Shown: positions 22,124 through 31,248 of the stretch, one piece after another | Position numbering within the stretch: the stretch's first letter is position 1 | Layout of the letters: each line of letters begins with the position of its first letter | Source: Candidatus Moraniibacteriota bacterium | GTDB lineage: Bacteria; Patescibacteriota; Minisyncoccia; Moranbacterales; GCA-2747515 | Direction of reading: 5' to 3' | Assembly: GCA_016699795.1 (NCBI GenBank) | Contig: CP065011.1 | Span: forward strand, 819,449 to 883,448 | DNA: 64,000 nt | Notes under the pieces: generated by a model | Database searches by the model: none | Seen by the model: the letters and a program-made list of their open reading frames with translations, nothing else | What the model was told of the DNA's origin: nothing | Made by a program: the position numbers and the translations under genes

Positions 22124-22153
22124 TAGTGTTAGATAGAAAATAAAAAATGGTAT

Positions 22154-22762
22154 ATGAAAAAAACGAAAAAAGGAATGACATTAATAGAAGTAATCGTGGC
22201 TATAGGAGTTTTTTCTATAGGGATGGGCCTTGCTGTTCTTCTTTTTGTTCAATCATGGAATATGTATAAAATTTCTTTCTCAACGGGGAGTATGCAATTC
22301 GTGGCTTCTAATGGAGTTCAAAGAATAATAGATTCTATTCGTAACGCACAACGATCAGAAAATGGTTCTTATCCAATTGTGAGCGTGGATGAAAATGAAA
22401 TTATTCTTTATTCTAATGTAGATGATGATGAGGAAATAGAAAAAATACGCTTTTTTTATTCTGGCTCAGGTATTGTTCGAGAGGTGCGTAACTCTGTTTT
22501 TGGTACGCCACCTCAATATCCTGCTGGCTATGAAATTTCGGAAGAAATTATTCCTTATGTAATAAATACTGCAGATACACCTTTATTTTCTTATTATAAT
22601 AATGAAAATGAAAAACTTACTGAGCCAATTTCTCTTATTGATGTGAAGATGGTAAAAGTAGATCTTTATGTAGATGAAAATATTAACAGAGATCCTGAGA
22701 GCATAAATATTGAATCATTTGCTTCTATTCGTAATCTTTCCCAATATGAAATTTCGAATTGA
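22154..22762 (+). CDS. type IV pilin / pseudopilin
   Basis: MKKTKKG-MTLIEVIVAIGV is a canonical prepilin N-terminus; 202 aa. Confidence 0.6.
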   Translation: MKKTKKGMTLIEVIVAIGVFSIGMGLAVLLFVQSWNMYKISFSTGSMQFVASNGVQRIIDSIRNAQRSENGSYPIVSVDENEIILYSNVDDDEEIEKIRFFYSGSGIVREVRNSVFGTPPQYPAGYEISEEIIPYVINTADTPLFSYYNNENEKLTEPISLIDVKMVKVDLYVDENINRDPESINIESFASIRNLSQYEISN

Positions 22763-24128
22763 AATAAAAAAAAATCGTGGGGCAGTTCTTGCATATACAT
22801 TAGTTATTATTTCTATAACAATGATATTATTGGTTGCTATTATGCAATTTACTGTTTCGCGCATTGAATATGCAAAATATAGAGAAATACATGAACAATC
22901 TTTACAAATAGCAGAGTCGGGAATTTATTTCTATAGGTGGTATTTAGCGCATGAAGTCGAGGGAAAAACAACACAACAAATTAAAGATTTTTGGGAAAAT
23001 GGAAATCCTTTGGGCGTTGAAACTCCTTATGAACGAGATTTAAGTGATATTGATGGAACTGTTCGAGGAAGGTATCGAATTACAGTAACACCTCCAGAAG
23101 CTTACTCGACAATTGTTTTAGTAGAAACAGAAGGGTGGACGTTTCGGAATCCTGATATAAAAAGAAAAATACAAGTTCGTTTTCGAAGACCTTCTTGGAG
23201 TGATTTGGCTGTTTTGGGAAATGCGTATATGCGTTTTGGAAATGGAACTACGGTAATGGGACCTCTTCATGTGAATGGAGGTGTCCATTTTGATGGAGTT
23301 GCTTATAATGTCGTGAGTAGCTCTGTAGAACAATACTACGACAATGATAGTGATGTAAAAGGCTGGCATGACGGTGTTTGGACCTCTTGGGCTAATGAAT
23401 ACAATACAAGCATGGGGGAGTCCGTTTTTTCTGGAGGAAATGAATATCCTGTTGCTGAAAAAAGTTTCGCTAATGTTTTTACAGATCTTTCTATTATAAA
23501 AAGTACAGCACAAAACACGGGAACGTATTTTGGTAATAATGGACAAGGGCGTCATATCATTTTGAATAATAATAAGACTTTTAGTGTTCGAACAGTGGCT
23601 ACTTACAATACATCAACAAACGCAATAGCGACGTACTCAGGTAATTGGTCAACTTTAGCACTTCCTGATGATGGTGTTATTTTTGTAGAAGATAATATTT
23701 GGTTGGAGGGAAAAATAAATGGGAACCGATTAACAATTGCCGCGGCAGATTTAGTGGGGAGTGTAAAACCTAGTATCTTTATAGGAAAAGATATACTCTA
23801 TACATCCTATGACGGACGTGATATATTGGGAATAATAGCTCAAAATAATATAGAAATAGTTTTTGGAAGTAAGGATGTTCTTCGTTTAGATGGAGCTCTT
23901 CTAGCTCAGAATGGACGAGTCGGACGTTCTTATTATCCAGGAGATCAAAAAAGTACGATAACAGTTTTTGGCTCATTAGCATCGAATACAAGATATGGAT
24001 TTGGATATACTGATGGTACTGGATATGCTATCAGAAATTTATTTTATGATAATAATCTCTTGTATTATCCCCCTCCTTATTTTCCTACGGGAAATGCTTA
24101 TTCTATAGATCTCTGGAAAGAAATATAA
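22746..24128 (+). CDS. PilX-like minor pilin / pilus-associated protein
   Basis: The N-terminus KKNRGAVLAYTLVIISITMILLVAIMQF resembles the PilX N-terminal domain. The start is taken at an internal Met; the call follows from operon context. Confidence 0.35.
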   Translation: MKFRIEIKKNRGAVLAYTLVIISITMILLVAIMQFTVSRIEYAKYREIHEQSLQIAESGIYFYRWYLAHEVEGKTTQQIKDFWENGNPLGVETPYERDLSDIDGTVRGRYRITVTPPEAYSTIVLVETEGWTFRNPDIKRKIQVRFRRPSWSDLAVLGNAYMRFGNGTTVMGPLHVNGGVHFDGVAYNVVSSSVEQYYDNDSDVKGWHDGVWTSWANEYNTSMGESVFSGGNEYPVAEKSFANVFTDLSIIKSTAQNTGTYFGNNGQGRHIILNNNKTFSVRTVATYNTSTNAIATYSGNWSTLALPDDGVIFVEDNIWLEGKINGNRLTIAAADLVGSVKPSIFIGKDILYTSYDGRDILGIIAQNNIEIVFGSKDVLRLDGALLAQNGRVGRSYYPGDQKSTITVFGSLASNTRYGFGYTDGTGYAIRNLFYDNNLLYYPPPYFPTGNAYSIDLWKEI

Positions 24129-24135
24129 AAATATT

Positions 24136-25254
24136 ATGTTAGAAAGAATTTCAAACACCTTAGGATCAAATATTTTTCGACCAGTTCAATCTTTTATGGG
24201 ACTGGATTTAAGTGATCTTAGTGTGAAATATATTCAACTTGAGAGAAAGGGAAAAAATCATTCCGTTCGATCTTTTGCATCTGTTCCTTTAGCGAAGAAC
24301 TCAATTATAAATGGAGAAATAGAGAATCCAGGAGCAGTTATAGATGCTATAAAAGAGTTGATGCAAAGAGGAAAACCAAAGCCACTAAATACACGATCAG
24401 TTATATGTTCTATACCTGAAATAAAAGCTTTTTTACGTATCATTGATATCGTAAAGATGACTGATAAAGAAATGAGAGAGGCAATACCATGGGAGTTAGA
24501 AGAAAACATACCTTTAGCAATTGACCAGGTTTATTATGATTGCCAGACTCTTCCTACAAGAATTCAATCAAAAGATGAAAGTCGTCAGAATGTTTTGATT
24601 GTTGCTGTTGCAAAAAAAGTTATTGATTCATTTATACATGTAGTTGAAGGTGCTGGTTTAGAAGTTATGGGTATGGAGATTGAATCTATTGCTCAATCGA
24701 GATGCCTTCTTTCAGAAGGAGCTTCTAATGAGCATTGTACCTTAATATTAGATATAGGAGATCGTCGAACTAGTTTATTTTTTTCTGTCGGAAATATTAT
24801 AGTATTTACTTCAAGCATACCTCTTTCTTCGCAGATGCTAACTGATGCTTTCGCAAGCCATTTTGGTGTTAGCCAAAAAGAAGCTGAAAAAATAAAAATA
24901 GAATATGGAATAGGTTCTTGTGTGAAAAAAGACCCTCATTTTTTGGCAGCAGAACCCCTTCTTGAGAATCTTTTCTCTCAGATACGACATTCAATGGATT
25001 TTGTTATTCAAAGTCTTGGTTATACGAAAATTATCAATGAAATTTTATTATGTGGTGGAGGTGCTAATACAAAAGGACTCCCTCTTTATCTTTCAAAGAA
25101 AATAGGAATTCCAGTTAGTATGGGAAATCCTTGGATGAATATTACGCTTGGAAAAGATCTTCCCACAGAGCTTCAAAAATCATCTATAGAATATTCAACC
25201 GCCATTGGTCTTGCCCTTCAATCTATGTATTCAAAATATGAGAATAACACTTAA
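24136..25254 (+). CDS. pilM: type IV pilus assembly protein PilM (actin-like ATPase)
   Basis: FtsA/PilM-like fold, 372 aa, with the conserved pilM-pilN-pilO gene order. Confidence 0.75.
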   Translation: MLERISNTLGSNIFRPVQSFMGLDLSDLSVKYIQLERKGKNHSVRSFASVPLAKNSIINGEIENPGAVIDAIKELMQRGKPKPLNTRSVICSIPEIKAFLRIIDIVKMTDKEMREAIPWELEENIPLAIDQVYYDCQTLPTRIQSKDESRQNVLIVAVAKKVIDSFIHVVEGAGLEVMGMEIESIAQSRCLLSEGASNEHCTLILDIGDRRTSLFFSVGNIIVFTSSIPLSSQMLTDAFASHFGVSQKEAEKIKIEYGIGSCVKKDPHFLAAEPLLENLFSQIRHSMDFVIQSLGYTKIINEILLCGGGANTKGLPLYLSKKIGIPVSMGNPWMNITLGKDLPTELQKSSIEYSTAIGLALQSMYSKYENNT

Positions 25255-25783
25255 TATACTTCCAGACGATCATAAAAAAAGAATTCGACAAAAAGAACTT
25301 TTTTCTCGAGTCCTTTCTTATGTAATAGGAATATTTTTTCTCACATTATTTTTTGTGATGATTCTTTTTAGTATTCTTTTTGGTATTCAATCTCGAGAAT
25401 TTCCTCTTTTTACAGATGAAACAATTGATGAAAAAAAACTTCAGAGTCTTATTGAATATGATGAAATCCTTTTTCAAAAAAATAAAGATATGGAACTTAT
25501 AGAAAAACTTCTTCAAAATGAGAAAAAATATACAAAAACACTTTCCCTTTTTAGTGATTTAAATTTGGAAGGCATTACTTTTTCTTCTTTAAATATAGCA
25601 GAAAATACAAAGGTTAATTCGAAGGGCTTTTCAAAAACTCGAGATAAAATTCTTGAATTACAGGAAAAACTTCGCCAGGATGAATGTTTTCTTTCCGTCG
25701 AAGTTCCTATAGAGGATCTTGTGAAGAAAGAAGATGTGGATTTTTCACTTTCTTTTACTTTAAATGATGCGTGTCTTTTGTAG
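25205..25783 (+). CDS. PilN-like bitopic pilus assembly protein
   Basis: Short cytoplasmic N-terminus, a single transmembrane segment, and a periplasmic coiled region; positioned after pilM. Confidence 0.4.
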   Translation: MVLPFNLCIQNMRITLNILPDDHKKRIRQKELFSRVLSYVIGIFFLTLFFVMILFSILFGIQSREFPLFTDETIDEKKLQSLIEYDEILFQKNKDMELIEKLLQNEKKYTKTLSLFSDLNLEGITFSSLNIAENTKVNSKGFSKTRDKILELQEKLRQDECFLSVEVPIEDLVKKEDVDFSLSFTLNDACLL

Positions 25784-26484
25784 AATATATGAGAACACTT
25801 TCAATACAATACCGATTCACCCTTCTTGTGGGTATAAGCCTTGTCTTTTTTTTACCGATTTTTTTTGGAATAAATTTTTTGTTGAAAGAAATAACAAAGA
25901 ATGAATCTTTGGTATATACAAAGATTGTTGACAAAAAATGGCGACAAGATCGTTTGAAATCATTTGAAACTATTCGTATGCAAGTAGAGAAGGTTTCATC
26001 GTGCACTGATGTTTTTTGTGAAAGAATTTTAGATAGAGAAAATCAAATCGCTTATCTTACTTTTCTTGATGAAACAGCTGAAAAAAGAAATGTTTTTATT
26101 AAGGTGGTTGTTGGGAAAGTTGATAGTACGTCTGTCAAAAATAAGAAAGTTAAAGAAGAAGAAAAGAAAGAGATTGATTATGGAAGTACTATAGAGCCTT
26201 TTGATCTTTCGGTTCAGGTTTTGGGATCTTATAAGGATATATTTCTATTTCTTTCTGATATAGAAAATGCGCCTATAGTTATTCACTTTAGTTCACTCTC
26301 CATAGCTTTAGCGGAAGAAGATGCTTTCAAAAAATCAGCTCTTACTGGTAAAGAAAATATTGCTTTTGATGTTGATTCAGAAAAAACGAATGAAAAAATA
26401 GATGCCATAAAATTTGATGTTGTTGCTGATATGAAATTGCGAACATATATTCGAAAATCAGTCGAAACCCCTAAAGAGAAATAG
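25771..26484 (+). CDS. PilO-like pilus assembly protein (hypothetical)
   Basis: A single N-terminal transmembrane segment and operon position only. Confidence 0.3.
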   Translation: MSFVEYMRTLSIQYRFTLLVGISLVFFLPIFFGINFLLKEITKNESLVYTKIVDKKWRQDRLKSFETIRMQVEKVSSCTDVFCERILDRENQIAYLTFLDETAEKRNVFIKVVVGKVDSTSVKNKKVKEEEKKEIDYGSTIEPFDLSVQVLGSYKDIFLFLSDIENAPIVIHFSSLSIALAEEDAFKKSALTGKENIAFDVDSEKTNEKIDAIKFDVVADMKLRTYIRKSVETPKEK

Positions 26485-26493
26485 AATAAATTT

Positions 26494-26829
26494 ATGGAGA
26501 AGGAAAAGGAGAAAATTTGGAAAAGTTTTTTTACATCGAATATAAGAAATATTTTTTCTTTGTTATTTCAAAAACAAGAAACTTTTTTTGTTATGATATT
26601 CGTTGTATTAAGCGGCTTTGGTATTTGGATTTGGTATGAAAATTTATATCTTTTGGGGAGGGATGCTGGACGTATTGAAAATATGTTAAAAGAAAAAGAT
26701 GAAATTCAATTTAATGAAAAACTTTACGATAACATTAAACAAAATTTTGATTCTCGAAAGAATCTCTATGGCTCAGATAGGGATACAAAAGAACTTTTTA
26801 TTAAAAAAGAAAAAGAAGAAGAAAAATAA
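26494..26829 (+). CDS. small membrane hypothetical protein (last gene of the pilus cluster)
   Basis: 111 aa with one transmembrane segment and no recognised motif. Confidence 0.25.
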   Translation: MEKEKEKIWKSFFTSNIRNIFSLLFQKQETFFVMIFVVLSGFGIWIWYENLYLLGRDAGRIENMLKEKDEIQFNEKLYDNIKQNFDSRKNLYGSDRDTKELFIKKEKEEEK

Positions 26830-26964
26830 GGATCGTTTTTATGAAAAAGTAGGGTGTTTTCTTTTTTTAAATTTAGCTTGCACGATATTTTTTTAAAAAA
26901 ACAAAAAAATATTTTTCATTGAAGACAGAGAAAAAGTTTTTATTTTTTCTTTGAGTTTTTTTGT

Positions 26965-27060
26965 ATAGAGCAGGACTCGGTTACGAATATATTTTTTAAA
27001 AATATTTCTCGACTCCGACTTGCGGTTTCGCATAAACGCGAAATGTCGCTTCGTCTTTCT
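26965..27060 (-). repeat. tRNA-trailer repeat A: partial copy of the tRNA-Arg(TCG) T-arm plus a ~65-nt conserved unit
   Basis: GCAGGACTCG is shared with the tRNA-Arg(TCG) T-arm. The segment then aligns at ~65-70 percent with the unit at 27351-27440 (cggtYacgaRtat...ctcgacYccRcYtSggg...tcgca). Confidence 0.45.
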
Positions 27061-27118
27061 TGCTCTGACTCAAATAAAACCCTTTATTTGCTACGCAAAA
27101 CAAGTACTTTGTTCATTG

Positions 27119-27191
27119 TGTCCCCGGCAGGACTCGAACCTACAACCTTCTGGTCCGAAGCCAGACACTCTATCCATTGAGCTACGGGGAC
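27119..27191 (-). tRNA. tRNA-Arg (anticodon TCG)
   Basis: The reverse complement folds as acceptor GTCCCCG/CGGGGAC, anticodon stem TCTGG/CCAGA with loop CTTCGGA, and T-loop TTCGAGT. Confidence 0.8.
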
Positions 27192-27212
27192 TTTTTCTTC
27201 TTTGTGAAGAAG

Positions 27213-27286
27213 GGGGCGACTACTGGGAATTGAACCCAGATTCTTGGGACCACAACCCAATGTCCTACCATTGAACGATAGCCGCC
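27213..27286 (-). tRNA. tRNA-His (anticodon GTG) with encoded G-1
   Basis: The reverse complement folds as G-1 + GCGGCTA/TAGTCGC, anticodon stem TTGGG/CCCAA with loop TTGTGGT, and T-loop TTCAATT. G-1 pairs with discriminator C. Confidence 0.75.
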
Positions 27287-27350
27287 ATGTATCGTAAATT
27301 GTATCAACTTTTCTCGCTTATTGCGAGATGAGAACCCGCAATAACTTTTT

Positions 27351-27440
27351 TGTGCCCTCGGAGGGAATCGGTCACGAGTATTTTTCTAAAAGAAAAATCT
27401 CTCGACCCCACCTCGGGGTGCTTCGCACATCACTCCGGTT
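27351..27440 (-). repeat. tRNA-trailer repeat B: exact 20-nt copy of the tRNA-Arg(TCT) 3' end plus the ~65-nt conserved unit
   Basis: TGTGCCCTCGGAGGGAATCG at 27351-27370 is identical to 27495-27514, the T-arm 3' half plus acceptor 3' strand of tRNA-Arg(TCT). The sequence then diverges into the shared trailer unit. Confidence 0.5.
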
Positions 27441-27496
27441 TTCTCATCCCTCATGCACGTAAAGCAGTTTACGTGCTCTCGTGCACAAGAAACTTG

Positions 27497-27568
27497 TGCC
27501 CTCGGAGGGAATCGAACCCCCATCAAGAGCTTAGAAGACTCCTGCTCTATCCATTGAGCTACAAGGGC
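27497..27568 (-). tRNA. tRNA-Arg (anticodon TCT)
   Basis: The reverse complement folds as acceptor GCCCTTG/CGAGGGC, anticodon stem GGAGT/GCTCT (two GU pairs) with loop CTTCTAA, and T-loop TTCGATT. Confidence 0.8.
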
Positions 27569-27601
27569 TTTAAAAAAACAGTTTTCATCAATTCAACTAT
27601 G

Positions 27602-27674
27602 TGCGCGCAGAGGGATTCGAACCCCCGACCGTTTGGTTAAGAGCCAACTGCTCTACCAGCTGAGCTATGCGCGC
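27602..27674 (-). tRNA. tRNA-Lys (anticodon CTT)
   Basis: The reverse complement folds as acceptor GCGCGCA/TGCGCGC, anticodon loop CTCTTAA, and T-stem GGGGG/CCCTC with loop TTCGAAT. Confidence 0.8.
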
Positions 27675-27955
27675 AAAGTGTGCTATTGTGGGATGCTTTT
27701 TGTAAAAAAACGATACGAGATGAGCGTACCAGAAAAGTAAAAATGAGTCAATAAAAAATAGTTGACTGTATAAATTGATCTGTGCTAGTATGAAAACCTC
27801 ATTTGAGAAGGGGAGACCGAAAGGTCTTTTTTGATTGTCTTTAGGGGGTTTATTTGTAAGAACAATGTATGTGTAATCTTCTTCAAGAAGGAAGCGCTGA
27901 AAGTTTTGTTTCCTATAAAAATAACCTAAAAAATAATAAAAAGAAGAAGAAAGGA

Positions 27956-28657
27956 ATGTATTTAGTGGGAAAATATATTTTCCTCGTTTTTTTGACAGCT
28001 ACTTGGTTATTTATAAGACCATGGGTTGTTTCAAAAGCTTATGAAAGTAAAGATTTTAGCTCTTTTGAAAGGAGTTCAAATGAATTTGATTTAGATACTA
28101 TTCGAAAAGAAATAGATTTTTTCTTTCTTTCTGAAAAGAATGATCAGGAAAATTTAAAAGAACGTGAGCAACTTTTTAAGGAATTTGAAAAAACAGAAAC
28201 CGAGGATTATTTAAAAAATATACTTTCTGGATATCCAATGGAAGACATGATACCGTTTCTTTTAACCCAGGATAGTCAGGTTATGGCATTTTTGGTTGGT
28301 ATCGCAAAGAAAGAAAGTGATTGGGGAAAACATGTTCCTGTGGATAGACATGGTACGGATTGTTATAATTATTGGGGATATAAAGCTCCTGGCTCCTTGG
28401 GTGTACAAAAATCGGGCTATGGCTGTTTTTCAAGTCCAGAGGAAGCAATTTCTCGTGTTGGGGAAAGAATAAAAAAACTTGTACTAGAAAATAAGAAAGA
28501 TACTCCTGGAAAAATGGTAATTTGGAAATGTGGATCTTCATGTGCTGGTCATGAAAAAGGCTCAGTTCAAAAATGGATTGGAGATGTGGGATATTATCAT
28601 GCTAAAATCCTTGCTGTTGTAGAAAAAGATTCTCTATGGAAGAAAAACAAAACATAG
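27956..28657 (+). CDS. secreted hypothetical protein
   Basis: Signal-peptide-like N-terminus (start taken at the Met at 27956) and a Cys-containing C-terminal region (CYNYWGY, CGSSCAGHEKG). No family recognised. Confidence 0.35.
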   Translation: MYLVGKYIFLVFLTATWLFIRPWVVSKAYESKDFSSFERSSNEFDLDTIRKEIDFFFLSEKNDQENLKEREQLFKEFEKTETEDYLKNILSGYPMEDMIPFLLTQDSQVMAFLVGIAKKESDWGKHVPVDRHGTDCYNYWGYKAPGSLGVQKSGYGCFSSPEEAISRVGERIKKLVLENKKDTPGKMVIWKCGSSCAGHEKGSVQKWIGDVGYYHAKILAVVEKDSLWKKNKT

Positions 28658-29145
28658 TTATTCTGGCACATAACATTCGAAGTGCTCATAATATTGGAGC
28701 ATTATTTCGAACTGCGGATGGCTTTGGTGTTTCTAAAATTTTTCTTTCAGGATATTCCCCTGTTCCTTATAAAGAAAATTCACTTTATAAGAATAAAGGA
28801 CAGAAGGAAATCGAAAAAACAGCACTTGGAGCTGAAAAAAATATTCCATGGGAATACTTTTCAAAACTTTCTTCTGTTTTAGAAAGAATACATAAAGAAG
28901 GATTTTTTCTTGTTGCTCTCGAACAAAGTCCCAAGAGTATTCCTTTTCATAATGAAATAATAAGAAAAAAGACTCAACTAGCTATACTTTTGGGAAATGA
29001 AGTTCTTGGAGTACATGGTAAAACACTCAAAAAAATGGATGCTATTTGTGAAATACCCATGAGGGGAAAGAAAAATTCTTTTAATGTTATCATTGCATGT
29101 GCTGTTTTTCTGGGAGCTATTCGCTATTTTGACAAAGATTCATAA
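28636..29145 (+). CDS. SpoU/TrmH-family RNA 2'-O-methyltransferase
   Basis: Motifs NIGALFRTADGFGV and C-terminal EIPMRGKKNSFNVIIACAVFL are characteristic of the SPOUT class. Confidence 0.75.
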   Translation: MEEKQNIVILAHNIRSAHNIGALFRTADGFGVSKIFLSGYSPVPYKENSLYKNKGQKEIEKTALGAEKNIPWEYFSKLSSVLERIHKEGFFLVALEQSPKSIPFHNEIIRKKTQLAILLGNEVLGVHGKTLKKMDAICEIPMRGKKNSFNVIIACAVFLGAIRYFDKDS

Positions 29146-29738
29146 TAGCGACGATTTTGAAGTGAACTAATAAGAGTTTGTTCATCAGCATGTTCGATAT
29201 CTCCACCTGTCGCGAGTCCTCGTGCTATGCGACTTATTCGAATATGAGGGAATTGATTGAGTTGTTGACGAATATAAAGAGCTGTAAGATCTCCTTCGGA
29301 AGTCGGATTGGTCGCTAAAAGAATTTCTTGTATATTCTCTTTTTCTGTTCGTTGTAAAAGATCTGAAACAGTAAGAGGTGCATCTATTTGCTTTTTATTT
29401 TTTCCTGGTTCGATAACACCACCAAGAATGTGATATCTTCCACTGAAAACGCCAGTTCTTTCTATAGCGATAGCATCCAAAGCATCTTCTACTACACAAA
29501 GAATAGTAGTATCTCTTTTTGGATCACGACAGATGGAGCAGTATTCTTGATCGCTTATAGCATAACAACGTTTGCAAGAAGAAAGTTTAGTGAGAGCTTC
29601 GAGTGCGTGCGAAAAAGATATAATATCTTCTTTGGATTGTTTGAAAACGAAAAGTGTTAATCTCTCAGCCATTTTTGGTCCAATAGAAGGAAGATTTACA
29701 AAATGTCGTATAAGTTCTTGAAAAGTATTTGGAAGCAT
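29124..29738 (-). CDS. recR: recombination protein RecR
   Basis: HhH N-terminus (LPSIGPKMAERL), a C4 zinc finger (CKRCYAISDQEYCSIC), and a Toprim domain; 204 aa. Confidence 0.9.
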   Translation of the reverse strand: MLPNTFQELIRHFVNLPSIGPKMAERLTLFVFKQSKEDIISFSHALEALTKLSSCKRCYAISDQEYCSICRDPKRDTTILCVVEDALDAIAIERTGVFSGRYHILGGVIEPGKNKKQIDAPLTVSDLLQRTEKENIQEILLATNPTSEGDLTALYIRQQLNQFPHIRISRIARGLATGGDIEHADEQTLISSLQNRRYYESLSK

Positions 29739-29754
29739 AGAAAAAAAGAATGTA

Positions 29755-31113
29755 TTATTTTTCTTGATGAATTCTTTCTAAAGAACGAAATGTTGTAGAA
29801 GCTTCATCAAAATAGAGCTGTACTTTTCCTAAAGGACCATTTCTATGTTTTGCAATAATAACTTCTACAATATTTTTATTAGGGGTGTCAGGTTTATAGC
29901 GGTCTTCTCTATAAAGAAAAAGAACGACATCAGCATCTTGCTCGATAGAACCAGATTCTCGAAGATCTGAAAGTTTTGGAATTTGATCTGTTCGAGATTC
30001 TACAGCTCGAGAAAGTTGAGAGAGTGCAATTATGGGTATATTAAGTTCTTTGGCAAGATTCTTAAGTCCACGAGAAATCTCGGAAATTTCTTGGACACGA
30101 CTTTCTTTACTACGTCCTTCCATAAGCTGGAGATAATCGATGATAATCATCCCTAAATGATGCTCTGCTTGAAGACGTCGTGCCATAGTACGAAGTTGCA
30201 TAATATTAGCACTTGAGCTGTCATCGATATAAATAGGAGCTTCACTGAGGACTCCCATGGCATTATTGATGCGCTCAAAATCATCAGAACCTTCTCCACT
30301 TTTAAGCTTTCCCGTTCGGAGTCGCCAAAGATCAACACCTCCTTGAGCCGCTATCATACGATCAACGAGCTGATCACTGGACATTTCCAAAGAAAAAATA
30401 CCCACAGGAACTTTTGCTTTTGTTCCAACATTTCTAGCTATATCAAGTGCAAAAGTTGTTTTTCCTATAGAGGGTCGAGCTGCAAGGATAACAAGATCAG
30501 ATTTTTGAAATCCAGCAAGAATATTATCAAGATCGGGATAACAAGAGGGAACGCCACGCATTTCATCACCATTATTATGGAGCTCATCAATACGATTAAA
30601 AGCTTCTTCCAAAACAGATTTTATAGGAACAAAATCTTTTTTGATGTGTTTTTGAGATATCCCAAAAAGCTTTTGTTCAGCCTTATCAAGGGTAAGTTGA
30701 ACATCTTGGGATTCTTCAAATCCTAAATCGGCAATTTCATTGGCAACGGCTATGAGTCGACGAAGAATGGCCTTTTTCTGGACAACTCCAGCATAATGTC
30801 CAACATTGGATGCGGAGGGGACACTATTCACAAGAGAAGCGAGATAACTTGTCCCACCTATTTCCTCGAGTTTATTCTTTTCCTCGAGTTTATTAGAAAG
30901 ACTGAGGAGATCAATAGGATCTCGTTGTTCATAAAGATCAAGAATGGCTTCATAAATAAAACCATGTTTGCCATTATAAAAATCTTTGATACCCACTATA
31001 TCAGCAACACGAATAATGGCATCTTTATCGAGCATGAGTGCTCCGAGAACACTTTGTTCAGCATCAATATTATGAGGAGGAACACGAAGCTCTTTGTGAG
31101 AAGTGATGGGCAT
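29755..31113 (-). CDS. dnaB: replicative DNA helicase DnaB
   Basis: N-terminal DnaB domain, Walker A ARPSIGKTTFALDIA, and the RecA-like C-terminal domain; 452 aa. Confidence 0.9.
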   Translation of the reverse strand: MPITSHKELRVPPHNIDAEQSVLGALMLDKDAIIRVADIVGIKDFYNGKHGFIYEAILDLYEQRDPIDLLSLSNKLEEKNKLEEIGGTSYLASLVNSVPSASNVGHYAGVVQKKAILRRLIAVANEIADLGFEESQDVQLTLDKAEQKLFGISQKHIKKDFVPIKSVLEEAFNRIDELHNNGDEMRGVPSCYPDLDNILAGFQKSDLVILAARPSIGKTTFALDIARNVGTKAKVPVGIFSLEMSSDQLVDRMIAAQGGVDLWRLRTGKLKSGEGSDDFERINNAMGVLSEAPIYIDDSSSANIMQLRTMARRLQAEHHLGMIIIDYLQLMEGRSKESRVQEISEISRGLKNLAKELNIPIIALSQLSRAVESRTDQIPKLSDLRESGSIEQDADVVLFLYREDRYKPDTPNKNIVEVIIAKHRNGPLGKVQLYFDEASTTFRSLERIHQEK

Positions 31114-31248
31114 AAAAGAAAAATAAGTGTCTGATGTCTGACAAGTATACTTCCTTTACGGAGTTTGGAAAAGTCTTGACGGTGTTTTGTTTTTATAGCG
31201 AAAATAAAAATTTTCCTTATTTGTAAAAAATAATGGTATACTTTTTTT

